In this document: positions 41,644 to 50,909 of the stretch, piece after piece | Position numbering within the stretch: position 1 is the first letter of the stretch | How the letters are laid out: each line of letters begins with the position of its first letter | Assembly: GCA_947628115.1 (NCBI GenBank) | Contig: CANQYS010000003.1 | Span: forward strand, 168-64,167 | Reading direction: 5' to 3' | Length of the DNA stretch: 64,000 bases | Source: an uncultured Clostridia bacterium | GTDB taxonomy: Bacteria; Bacillota; Clostridia; TANB77; CAG-508 | The notes under the pieces: model-generated | Seen by the model: the letters and a program-made list of their open reading frames with translations, nothing else | The model's database searches: none | Told to the model about the DNA's origin: nothing | Translations under genes and position numbers: made by a program

Positions 41644-43119
41644 TTATGCAAATCTCTTGGCAAATACTTTTAATACAGCCATAAGAGAAATCTTCGGACA
41701 ACTCTCCACTAATTCAGGATGCAAATCCAACCATTTCTTAAAGTTTTCCTTCAAAATCGACTTAATGATCTCCTTTTTTACTTTAGGGTACATATTGTGC
41801 AATTCAAGGATAACATTTTCGTAGTTGATTCTCTTAATATCACAAGCAGCCACAAAGGACTGAGTAACAATTCTCTCTGATGTTGTCATACCAATATCAG
41901 TCAAAAAGTTATCAACCTGTTCTTTGACTTTTTTGGTAGGATCAAGTTTTTTCAGAGATTCTCCAATAATATCTAACAGGAAAGATTCCTCACTACCGAC
42001 CTTTTTTGCAGCTTTTTTAGGTTTAGGCTCAGTTGTAGTAACATCCGAGTTGTCAGCATTTACAGGCTTTGACTCTGTATCATCACCTTCAGTTGCATTC
42101 TCCTCACAAGTAGTTTTGACTGTTTCCTCATCCATAGCTACATTTGTTTCGGCTACTGCTGTTTCATCTTCGGTTTTGGCAACTTCAACAATTTCATTGT
42201 CAAAATCAGTTTTGATATCATCATCAGTCATTACAATATTACCTGTAAAATCAAATGTAGTACTTAACTTATCCAAAACCTTAGCAAAGAATTCAGGAGT
42301 AGCCTTGCCGATAACCTCTTGGAATCTTTCAGCTCTCAAGTATCTTCCCTTATCCAACAATGCTGTGCCACCAGTATAATAGTCGTTTTTATAAACGACA
42401 TCTTCAGGAACATCAAATGTAAGATAGGAAAGAGAAGTCAAGTTTTCCCTGATTTTGGTAATAGGCACTAAATATGCCATACCACCATTGGTAGTGCTAC
42501 ATACAATAGCAGAAACATGACCACCGTTGATTTCTCCTGCAAGGTGAATACCATAGTTACAATCTACAATATCTCCTACAGAGTATTCGATAGATCCCTT
42601 TTTGTTATATCTCATTGAGATTTCATTTATGGAAGTCAAGATAAACTCTCCGATTTCCTTTTCAGGGACATTCATCCTATACATTGCCCAGTAGGCAGTT
42701 CTCATAAATTTGTTGATTAAATTTTCAACATATTCATTTTCAAACTCTACCTTCTGGATAATCAAGTCATCTTCACTCTGTGGACCAACTACAGTAGGCT
42801 TGTTTTCAGGTTCGGCGGTTTCTTCGACAGTATCCTCAGACTTCGGCTCATCAACAATAGTAACACTATGAGAAGTTTCTACCGAAGTAGATTCATCAGA
42901 GGTATTGTCAATCATAACATTCAAAATGTTGTAATACTGGTCGATTAACTCTATAACAGAATCAATCATAGTATCATCAACATTTTCAACTGCGACAAAG
43001 CTGTTTTCTAAGTCAATCTGAATCCGACAGGAAATCTTGTTGACCCTTTTAATTAAGGAAACAACACTTCCTTCTTTTTTGGTAGTTACCTTAAATGTTA
43101 TTTTCTTCATTCTGTTCAT
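41644..43119 (-). CDS. Multi-domain protein. N-terminal domain shared with the upstream paralog, acidic linker, divergent MazF/PemK-like domain, acidic low-complexity region, and a C-terminal Spo0A_C-like helix-turn-helix domain.
   Basis: Residues ~180-290 (GDIVDCNYGIHLAGEINGGHVSAIVCSTTNGG...TALLDKGRYLRAERFQEVIG) align to the EndoA/MazF fold. The C-terminal ~70 aa resemble the Spo0A C-terminal domain. GC content is about 38%, against about 25% for the host. Confidence 0.5.
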   Translation of the reverse strand: MNRMKKITFKVTTKKEGSVVSLIKRVNKISCRIQIDLENSFVAVENVDDTMIDSVIELIDQYYNILNVMIDNTSDESTSVETSHSVTIVDEPKSEDTVEETAEPENKPTVVGPQSEDDLIIQKVEFENEYVENLINKFMRTAYWAMYRMNVPEKEIGEFILTSINEISMRYNKKGSIEYSVGDIVDCNYGIHLAGEINGGHVSAIVCSTTNGGMAYLVPITKIRENLTSLSYLTFDVPEDVVYKNDYYTGGTALLDKGRYLRAERFQEVIGKATPEFFAKVLDKLSTTFDFTGNIVMTDDDIKTDFDNEIVEVAKTEDETAVAETNVAMDEETVKTTCEENATEGDDTESKPVNADNSDVTTTEPKPKKAAKKVGSEESFLLDIIGESLKKLDPTKKVKEQVDNFLTDIGMTTSERIVTQSFVAACDIKRINYENVILELHNMYPKVKKEIIKSILKENFKKWLDLHPELVESCPKISLMAVLKVFAKRFA

Positions 43120-44275
43120 CCTCCTTTTTGATTAGGAAACTGTTTACTAAACGGATAAAATCGATAGTAGGAGATTTTCTGAACTTAAACTGTTCTTTTA
43201 TTCTCGCTACAATCAGCCTCTTAATCTCATCTTTCTCAACATTGTGCTCACTTTTAGCAACACTATCACATAATGTTTCTACATTGAAATAAGCATCTTT
43301 GGGCGAGATGAGTATTGCTTTGAAAAGGTATTGTACGCCGTTTCTTTGCATATCAAAGCCAAACAACTCAAGGATTTTTTCGGCTTTTATCTTATCAGAA
43401 TCTCTAGCTTGAGCAATTTTTAAAAGCTCGTTTACATCAATCAGAGATAACAACTGTACTTGTACCATATTCAAGTCTTTGCGTTCTTTAGGTGCATTAG
43501 TATCAAACTGGGGTACATCTCTATACACAGGCTTATCCACATACACCTTTTCAGTTTTGGTAATTACTTTTTCTTGCCTTTGCAAATTCAGCGAAATATC
43601 TATGATCTCCTGCATCTTATTCATGAATTCAGGTGTCATAGTTCCAATAAATTTGCGTAATCTTGTCTTGTCAACTGTTCGGATTTGTTCAGCCATAACA
43701 ACATTTTCTTCCATTCCAACACGAATTACATCATAGTCAATCATGTTTTCATTGGAAAAAACGAAGTGATAGTGAACAGGAACTCTTTTTTTTTGCTTGG
43801 TCGTACAAGATAGTACAATAGTAGTAGGCGAATGAGAATTTCCATCATCATTTTGCACAACTATTACATACCTCTTGTTTCCTTGCTCGCTGCCATAGGG
43901 TTCTCCGAAATCGCACAGATATACCTCACCTCGTTTTACAGTAGAATAGAGTAAATCATATTTCTCTGTGATTTGAGGTGCAAGTACAACATCCGAAGTT
44001 TTTTCTTCAACAACAGCTTTTCCTTTAGTGGAACTGGAAACAATTTCATCACTTTTAGGAAGATCAAATTCATTCAGAGTGAGTGGAAATACTTCACCAA
44101 AGAAGTTTTTAACATTTCTAATGGTTAGACCATTACAAAGTTCATCCAACAACTCATCAGAAATTTCACCATCTAAAGTGATTACCTGGTCAGAAATACT
44201 TGCCCTGATTTTATATTTGACAAGCAATTTACTAACCCGGCAGATGTCGAATGTTCTTGTTTGTAATTGTAACAC
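43091..44275 (-). CDS. Multi-domain protein containing a canonical EndoA/MazF (PemK) toxin domain between an N-terminal domain and a Spo0A_C-like C-terminal domain. Apparent GTG start with an AAGGAGGG ribosome-binding site.
   Basis: VKRGEVYLCDFGEPYGSEQGNKRYVIVVQNDDGNSHSPTTIVLSCTT...EQIRTVDKTRLRKFIGTMTPEFMNKMQEIIDISL aligns nearly motif for motif to B. subtilis EndoA. C-terminal GVQYLFKAIL...LCDSVAKSEHNVEKDEIKRLIVARI resembles the Spo0A_C domain. It overlaps the downstream gene by 29 nt. Confidence 0.6.
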   Translation of the reverse strand: MLQLQTRTFDICRVSKLLVKYKIRASISDQVITLDGEISDELLDELCNGLTIRNVKNFFGEVFPLTLNEFDLPKSDEIVSSSTKGKAVVEEKTSDVVLAPQITEKYDLLYSTVKRGEVYLCDFGEPYGSEQGNKRYVIVVQNDDGNSHSPTTIVLSCTTKQKKRVPVHYHFVFSNENMIDYDVIRVGMEENVVMAEQIRTVDKTRLRKFIGTMTPEFMNKMQEIIDISLNLQRQEKVITKTEKVYVDKPVYRDVPQFDTNAPKERKDLNMVQVQLLSLIDVNELLKIAQARDSDKIKAEKILELFGFDMQRNGVQYLFKAILISPKDAYFNVETLCDSVAKSEHNVEKDEIKRLIVARIKEQFKFRKSPTIDFIRLVNSFLIKKEDEQNEENNI

Positions 44276-44517
44276 TATGTAGCCCTCCTTATTAAATTTT
44301 TTTGGTTCTGGTTACAAAATACTTGTAATATCACACTCCTTTTTTATTGACATTTGCTAGACTCCAAAAAATATATTTTCTGGAATTTTCACAAAATTAT
44401 GTAAATATTATATCATTATTTTTTTGATTTTTCAATAGTATTACCACTAATTCAAATAAAATATAAAATGCAACTTAAAACAGCTAATACATCAACTGTT
44501 TTGAGTTGCATAAAATA

Positions 44518-45006
44518 TTACTTATTAAGATTTCTTTGACACTTTCTGTAAAGCTTGCGCCACGTCATTCTTTCGCCCATCCTAGAAAAAATGTTAGTAG
44601 TATGAAGCCAATAATATGTGGACGAATCACAGAAGCGATGTCCTATTGCTCTGATATGCCTTTTGATTGCGTGCATTATTTTTACTAACGCAACATCATC
44701 AGCAGTGCTAAGAATCTGCTCCAAAACCTTGTCTGAGACATAAGGCAAAATCCAGCTTACTTTGTACGCAAGATATTCTTCCTGCTTTATCTGCGCTGCC
44801 AAATTACTTACAATTTTGACCTGATCATCAGTTGAGAACACCTGGATATATCTATAGTGATATTTCACTAAATCTTTCATAAGTTTTTTGCGACAGCCTT
44901 CTTTAGTCTCGATGCAGTTTTGAATACTTGCTAATGTTTGGCGATTACCTGTCTCCAGATACGCATCAATTGAGTTTGTAAGTTCCCGATATTCGTTATA
45001 ATCCAT
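44518..45006 (-). CDS. Hypothetical Arg-rich protein (162 aa) in the GC-richer part of the island.
   Basis: ORF with locally elevated GC content. No recognisable family. Confidence 0.4.
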   Translation of the reverse strand: MDYNEYRELTNSIDAYLETGNRQTLASIQNCIETKEGCRKKLMKDLVKYHYRYIQVFSTDDQVKIVSNLAAQIKQEEYLAYKVSWILPYVSDKVLEQILSTADDVALVKIMHAIKRHIRAIGHRFCDSSTYYWLHTTNIFSRMGERMTWRKLYRKCQRNLNK

Positions 45007-45145
45007 AATGATTTCCTCCTTTACAAGTGTTTAATTTAACTTTTCGGTGTTTTTGATATATTAAAAGTGGTCCAAAAAATTAGGAAGTTCTAATTGAAAA
45101 ATGGTCCACTTTTAAAATACTCTAAATATATAGTAAAATATATAT

Positions 45146-45910
45146 TTGGAGGCGAAAGGAATGATAAAATTAATGGATAAAGGAGCAATAATTAAATTAA
45201 AGGAACAAGGATATTCTAATAGACAAATACAGAAATTAACAAAAATAGATAGAAAAACAGTTAGTAAATATTGGAATGAATATTTAGAAAATCTTAAAAA
45301 ATTAAGTAATGAAAAAGATTCTTTGAAAATAATAGAAATACAAGAAGCAATAACTTCAGAACCTAGATATAATGTTCAAAGTAGAATGAGAAGAAAATTA
45401 ACAGATGACTTTTTTGTTCATCTAAAAGACATTTTAAATTCAGAAGAAGCTGCTATTGAGTATATGGAAAGTATTTTAATAAAACTAAATGAAAATAGTA
45501 AAATTGAAGAAGAAAAATTACATTTAAAGACTACTAAACCGCCACTAGAATTAGCTAATATAAAAGAAAGTATTGTTAATAAATACAGTTTCATACAAGT
45601 TGAAAATAATTTTTACTCTGTTCCTGAATACTTAGTTGGTTTTAAAGTTACAAGCAAAATTTACTACAATAAAATTCTCATTTATTCAAATAATGAATTT
45701 GTTTGTGAGCATAAAAAATTAGATGGATGTAAGAAGATAAGTGCCGATATTAGACATTACTTAAAAACACTTACCTTCAAACCTGGTGCCTTGAAAAACT
45801 CCTATGTTTTAAAAAGTAATCCAAAACTCAAATCCATCTATGATAGATATTATACCAATAATCCTAAAAAATTCATAGATATAATATCAAAAAATAAAGA
45901 AAAAAAATGA
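45146..45910 (+). pseudogene. istA: IS21 transposase IstA remnant. The DDE catalytic core is deleted.
   Basis: See the IS21 element. 254 aa against about 400-500 aa for intact IstA. Confidence 0.55.
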
Positions 45911-46045
45911 TGAAGAATTATCTAAAATCCTAACGACTAATTCAGAAAATTTATCTGAACTAACAAGATATAGTAATAATATAAATAATTTAACGAGAGT
46001 TCAAACTAGTATGTATAATAAAATAATGATAGGAGTTGTAAATAA

Positions 46046-46482
46046 ATGAATATAAAAGAAAATTGTAAAATATTAAAATTGTCATATATATTTAAAAATT
46101 ATGAAGAAGAAATAAAGGAAGCAAAACAAACTAAAAAAGATGTTGGAGATTTTCTAGATGAACTTTTAGAAGGAGTGCCTTAAATGCATATAAGAAAAAG
46201 TTTGAGAAATACGATTTAGTAATACTAGATGAATTAGGTTATGTATCATTTGATAAAGAAGGATGTGAAATATTATTTAATCTATTATCGAATAGAAATG
46301 ATAAAGGATCTATCATAATAACAACAAATTTAACATTTGATAGATGGGAAGAAATATTTAAAGATGCAATGCTCACAGGAGCTATGGTAGATAGGCTAGC
46401 ATACAAAGCACATATACTTGATATATCAAGAGATGTAAGTCATAGATATGAAGAAACTTTATCTTGGAAAGAAAATAAATAA
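46046..46482 (+). pseudogene. istB: IS21 helper ATPase IstB remnant. The AAA core is deleted and the frame is disrupted.
   Basis: Conserved C-terminal IstB motifs are present. An internal stop at about 46183 breaks the N-terminal piece. Confidence 0.55.
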
Positions 46483-46764
46483 CTAATTTTTATGTTTGAA
46501 AAAGTGGACCATTTTTTCAAATATAACTTGGACCAATTTTCACTTGACAAATACAGTAATCTCAAAAATCAGTAGTCTAAATAAATTTCGGATTTCGGTA
46601 AGAAGAAATCCTACTAAAAGCTTATGCTATCCATATAATTCTCAAAATTTGAACTTTATTCAGAATTATGGTATACTTTATATAGATGGTAAATTTATGT
46701 TAATGCCATCCGATATTTCGGAGGTATTAACTCCGAAATATGAAAATTCATAGGAGGTTTTACC

Positions 46765-47073
46765 ATGGAAAAAATGAAAGTTGCACTTATTGGACTAAGG
46801 TTCAATGCGGATAAGGCGGTGAACACAGCAACAATTAACTTACCCATGTATTCAAAAATTTTATCTGTAACGGCAAAAAATGATAAACCTTGCCTGTGGG
46901 TAAATTTTATGGCTCCATCAAATTATTTCTTTACTAAAAAAGCATGGCGTGAGTTCCAATTTGTTATTGTGCGGTGCAATTATGACGAATTTGAAATTGA
47001 TGGGCACAATTATATTGCCACTATCGAGGTTGACAACAATTTATTCGCCATATTTTACAAAAAGATACAGTAA
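46765..47073 (+). CDS. Hypothetical protein (102 aa).
   Basis: ORF with an RBS-like aggaggtt upstream, followed by a palindromic terminator. Confidence 0.4.
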   Translation: MEKMKVALIGLRFNADKAVNTATINLPMYSKILSVTAKNDKPCLWVNFMAPSNYFFTKKAWREFQFVIVRCNYDEFEIDGHNYIATIEVDNNLFAIFYKKIQ

Positions 47074-47084
47074 TTCATTTTTTT

Positions 47085-47140
47085 TCAAGTATTAATAAAC
47101 GGTGCACATAGAAATATGTGTACCGTTTATTAATACCATT
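47085..47140. terminator. Bidirectional palindromic terminator between convergent genes.
   Basis: ttaataaacggtgcacatagaaatatgtgtaccgtttattaa, a near-perfect 19-bp inverted repeat. Confidence 0.5.
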
Positions 47141-47591
47141 TTTCATATCTATCTTTTTTCTTTGTTTTAGCAATATCTTCTTGCTCTTTCCTCATTTGTT
47201 TTTCAATTTCTATAACTTTCTTAACATTTGGTGTATCTTCTAAAATATAATTTGCTATTTTTATATTTTTTCTGTGTCTATTCAATATTGTAGTACAATT
47301 ATCTCGTTTTGATTTATACTCTTTTATTAAGTTATCATCTATGCAATTTCTTAATTTATTCCTATATTTTTGCCTTAAGTTAGTAATGTCTTCAATTTCT
47401 TTTTCAGTTTGTGAAATATAACTTTTTACATCATCTACTGTTTTTAGTTTTTCTGATACAATAAGTCTAATCCCATTAGAATATCGCTCCAATTTTCTAA
47501 CCTCTTGTTTCATTTCTGGAGATAATGGAGTATAGCGTGGCTTTTCTTTTGGTAGTAGATCCATAAAATAGTAAAAAGATAAGAATAACAT
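47130..47591 (-). CDS. Hypothetical charged coiled-coil protein (153 aa). Possibly a mobilization/replication protein remnant.
   Basis: ORF only. Upstream (47603..47960) are out-of-frame fragments suggesting a decayed larger gene. Confidence 0.3.
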   Translation of the reverse strand: MLFLSFYYFMDLLPKEKPRYTPLSPEMKQEVRKLERYSNGIRLIVSEKLKTVDDVKSYISQTEKEIEDITNLRQKYRNKLRNCIDDNLIKEYKSKRDNCTTILNRHRKNIKIANYILEDTPNVKKVIEIEKQMRKEQEDIAKTKKKDRYEKWY

Positions 47592-48040
47592 ATCAATTCC
47601 ACTTAATTTTTTATATTTTTAAAATTTCCTTTTAATCTATGAACTTTGTATTTATTCTTCTTTCTAGGCTTAGTAAATTCTAAATATCTATTTTGATAAT
47701 AATATGGGTTATTTTCAACTGTTATTGCAATATTTTGTGGTAAATATTTTTCTCCTAAATGATACATTCTTACAGCCTTTTTATGATATGTATCCATTAA
47801 ATTTTGATAGTGGATATTTATTTTCCAAACTACCTATGTAAAAGTAATTAGGTTCGTTAAAGAATAAGTATAGTCTATTCTTAATAATTACTTGATGTGG
47901 CTCTACATACGCTAAATTGGTATGTTCCACAATGTGCAGGTAACCTTCTTTAATTTCTGGTTTAACCTGCTTTTTTCAATATTTTTGGTCAAAAAAAGAC
48001 CGTTCCTTAATTTTTATTTTAAATAAAACTTGGAAATATT

Positions 48041-48817
48041 GTGTTTTTATGTTATACTTATAAAAAATATATGGAGGATACGATAATGGGAGAAAGATTT
48101 GACGACGATAGAAAAGAAACTATAACTGAAGAACAAAAAGCAGCAAGATGGGATGCAATACATTCACGAGTAACAAATGTTGAAAAAATCAGACAGCAAT
48201 ATGATGGATGGCTAGAAACAGATGAAAGACTAGCCAAACAATTAGAACAATGTAAAACACCTATTTTAGATTTAGGATGTGGAATAGGAATAGATACATT
48301 GCATTTAGTTGAAAATGGACATAGAGTTATTGCTTGTGATTTTTCAACTGAAGCTCTTAACCAAGTAAAACAAAATATTCCAAACGAAAAAGTAAAAGTA
48401 TTAAAGTTTAATATGAAAGAAAAATTTCCTTTTGGTTCAGAGCTTTTTGAATTTATAATTGCCAACAAATCTATTCATTATTTCTCTGAAAAGGAAACAA
48501 AAAATTTAATACATGAGTTATATAGAATACTTAAAACTAATGGAATATTTGCATTTGTTGTAAATTCAACTAATGATAGCAATTTTGGTGCAGGACAAGG
48601 TAAAATGCTTGAAGAGAATTTTTATGAAGTTAGAGGAACTACTAAAAGATTTTTTGATGAAGAATCCTTAAAAAATTTTTTTGATAATGAACATTGGGAA
48701 TTTATTTATATGAAAGAAGATGAAATACAGGGAGATAGAATAAAAACAATACAACTACAGAATAATAGTGATAACAACAAAAAAATAACATGGACTTGTA
48801 TGGTAAGAAAAAAATAA
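48041..48817 (+). CDS. Class I SAM-dependent methyltransferase.
   Basis: ILDLGCGIGIDTLHLVENGHRVIACDFS motif I and post-I acidic residue. Confidence 0.7.
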   Translation: MFLCYTYKKYMEDTIMGERFDDDRKETITEEQKAARWDAIHSRVTNVEKIRQQYDGWLETDERLAKQLEQCKTPILDLGCGIGIDTLHLVENGHRVIACDFSTEALNQVKQNIPNEKVKVLKFNMKEKFPFGSELFEFIIANKSIHYFSEKETKNLIHELYRILKTNGIFAFVVNSTNDSNFGAGQGKMLEENFYEVRGTTKRFFDEESLKNFFDNEHWEFIYMKEDEIQGDRIKTIQLQNNSDNNKKITWTCMVRKK

Positions 48818-48980
48818 ATATTATTTGTCTTTGTCATTGACGCAAGTCCTAACCCCCTATGAGTTTTGACCTGTGGTACAAAACTCGGGGGATACATACT
48901 GAAAAAACTAATAAAAAAATACCATCCTTTTTAGAATGGTATTATATATTCTGTTCTATTAGTTCGAACAGATACGTTAT

Positions 48981-49057
48981 TGGTGCACTTAGCTGGATTC
49001 GAACCAGCGGCCTCTCCCTTAGGAGGGGAGCGCTCTATCCTACTGAGCTATAAGTGC
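48981..49057 (-). tRNA. tRNA-Arg (anticodon CCU).
   Basis: The minus-strand sequence folds as a cloverleaf, GCACTTATAGCTCAGTAGGATAGAGCGCTCCCCTCCTAAGGGAGAGGCCGCTGGTTCGAATCCAGCTAAGTGCACCA. The anticodon loop is CUCCUAA, so the anticodon is CCU. The T-loop is TTCGAAT and the 3' end is CCA. Confidence 0.85.
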
Positions 49058-49181
49058 ATACATTGCATATTATACACTATTTAAAAAACTTTTACAAGAC
49101 ACACAAAAAATTAAACAAGACATTGGAATTTTATTGCAATGCCTTGCTTAAAGATACTGGAATTTTTAAATTATATACAAT

Positions 49182-50909
49182 TTATTTTTTATTGTTATAA
49201 AGTTCTTTATAATATCCATTTAAAACTATGAGTTCGTCATGCGTTCCCATTTCTTTTATTTTTCCGTCTTTTATGAAAATTATTAAATCTGCTTCTTTTA
49301 TTGTTTTTAATCTATGTGCAATTATAAAAGAAAATTTATTTCTTAAAACTTCTTGTGTTGCTTTTATTACTTTTTGTTCGAATTCTAAATCTAGATTAGA
49401 TGTAACCTCATCTAAAATAAGAATATCAGTATTCTTCAATATTGCTCTTGCAAAATTTAAAAGTTGTTTTTCTCCATATGATATTTTATCAGTATAAATA
49501 TCTATTAGTGTATTATATCCTTCTTCTAAAGAAGTTATTTTATCATGGAGTCCTATTTTTTTGCATACATTAACAACCTCATCGTCACTTATTTCTCTAT
49601 TGTTTCCGTATTTTATATTTTCCATTATGCTCATATGAAAAATTATAGGTTCTTGAAATACATAACTAATATTTTTTCTCAAACTGTTTAAATCATATTC
49701 TAAATAATTTATATTATTTATTAAAATTTCGCCACCGGTTATATCATAAAATCTTGGTATTAAATTAACTAATGTAGTCTTTCCGCATCCACTTTTACCA
49801 ACCAAAGCAATTTTTATTGGTCTATTAACTTCAAAATTAATATCTTTTAATATCTCATTTATTCCATCATAACTCATTTTAACATGATTGAATTTTATGC
49901 TTTTAACATTTTCTAATTTTACAGTAGATTCTTTTTTTTCTTTTTCTGTTTTTACCATATTATATATTTTCATGTAAGAATTATAATTACTAGTAGCTTC
50001 ATTTTTAAATTCTACAATTATATTAATACGATAATCTAAATCTGCAATGTAATTTCTAAATAAAATAATTAATGCTAAAGAACTCATTCCTGAAGCAATA
50101 TTAATTCCACCAATATATATGATAGCTAAAGTAGTAAAAAAACTTACAAAGCTAAATAAATATTTATGTATATATATAATTTTATTATATTTTAGTACTT
50201 CATTAGTAGTATTCTTAAGCAATTCATCTATTTCACTTATATTACTTTCTTCAATTCTTAAAGATTTATTAGTAGCATAGCTATTTATAAATTCATTGGT
50301 TTTAGACGATAATTTAAGTCTTATATCTTGTAATTTTTTTATTACACTATAATTTTTTTTATATAATGGTTTCAAGGAAAAATAACAACTAAAAAATATT
50401 ATTGTTGTAATTAATGCTAGTTTATAATTCAAAAATAATATAATAATTATTATATAAAAAATATCTTTATATTCTATTGGATATATTCTCATATAAGTCC
50501 AAGGAAATAGTAAAGATGCATTTTTAGCTTCTGTTGTATTTAAAGAAATAAGTTCTCCTACTTGATAATTGTCAATATCCTTAATTTTAGACTTAATCAC
50601 GCTTCTAAAAAATTTACCCTGTATTGCTTTATCTTCGTCTACCATTAAGTCAGCACGTTTTTGATTATATATATATATTTGCGCTGTTCTTAAAATAATT
50701 AAAAAAATATAAATGCAAATACAAAAATAAACATGCTCAAATTTATTATTAGTCAAATATGTATCAATTATTAGTGATGTAATTATCGGCCCAGAAAATA
50801 CTAAAATACTTGGTAATAGTCTAAATAAATACCAAAAAATAATTCTTGATTTATTACCTCCAAACTCTAGTAATCTTTTTTTATTGCTTATATTATTCAT
50901 AATTATCAC
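49182..50909 (-). CDS. ABC exporter, fused permease and ATP-binding subunit (half-transporter B).
   Basis: Six-TM N-domain. GKSGCGKTT Walker A, LSYGEKQLL signature, ILILDEVTS Walker B. Confidence 0.85.
   Translation of the reverse strand: MIIMNNISNKKRLLEFGGNKSRIIFWYLFRLLPSILVFSGPIITSLIIDTYLTNNKFEHVYFCICIYIFLIILRTAQIYIYNQKRADLMVDEDKAIQGKFFRSVIKSKIKDIDNYQVGELISLNTTEAKNASLLFPWTYMRIYPIEYKDIFYIIIIILFLNYKLALITTIIFFSCYFSLKPLYKKNYSVIKKLQDIRLKLSSKTNEFINSYATNKSLRIEESNISEIDELLKNTTNEVLKYNKIIYIHKYLFSFVSFFTTLAIIYIGGINIASGMSSLALIILFRNYIADLDYRINIIVEFKNEATSNYNSYMKIYNMVKTEKEKKESTVKLENVKSIKFNHVKMSYDGINEILKDINFEVNRPIKIALVGKSGCGKTTLVNLIPRFYDITGGEILINNINYLEYDLNSLRKNISYVFQEPIIFHMSIMENIKYGNNREISDDEVVNVCKKIGLHDKITSLEEGYNTLIDIYTDKISYGEKQLLNFARAILKNTDILILDEVTSNLDLEFEQKVIKATQEVLRNKFSFIIAHRLKTIKEADLIIFIKDGKIKEMGTHDELIVLNGYYKELYNNKK

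Larger units (their letters stand above)
45050..46560. mobile_element. Degenerate IS21-family insertion sequence, with internally deleted istA and fragmented istB.
   Basis: The 45146..45910 product has an IstA-like N-terminal HTH (IKLKEQGYSNRQIQKLTKIDRKTVSKYW) and C-terminal region but lacks the DDE core. The 46046..46183 and ~46211..46482 reading frames give IstB N-terminal and C-terminal pieces (ILDELGYVSFDKEGCEILFNLLSNRNDKGSIIITTNLTFDRWEEIF). Terminal repeats contain tggtccaaaaaatt / aaaagtggaccatttttt. Confidence 0.6.

Noticed and set aside
46496-46753. 85-aa ORF at the right end of the IS21 remnant.
   Set aside because: It overlaps the IS terminal repeats. The palindrome atttcggag-gtattaa-ctccgaaat suggests a structural or regulatory sequence rather than coding. 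Kept only as a low-confidence possibility.
48859-49053. Plus-strand 64-aa ORF.
   Set aside because: It overlaps the tRNA-Arg gene and its terminator and is not a plausible CDS.
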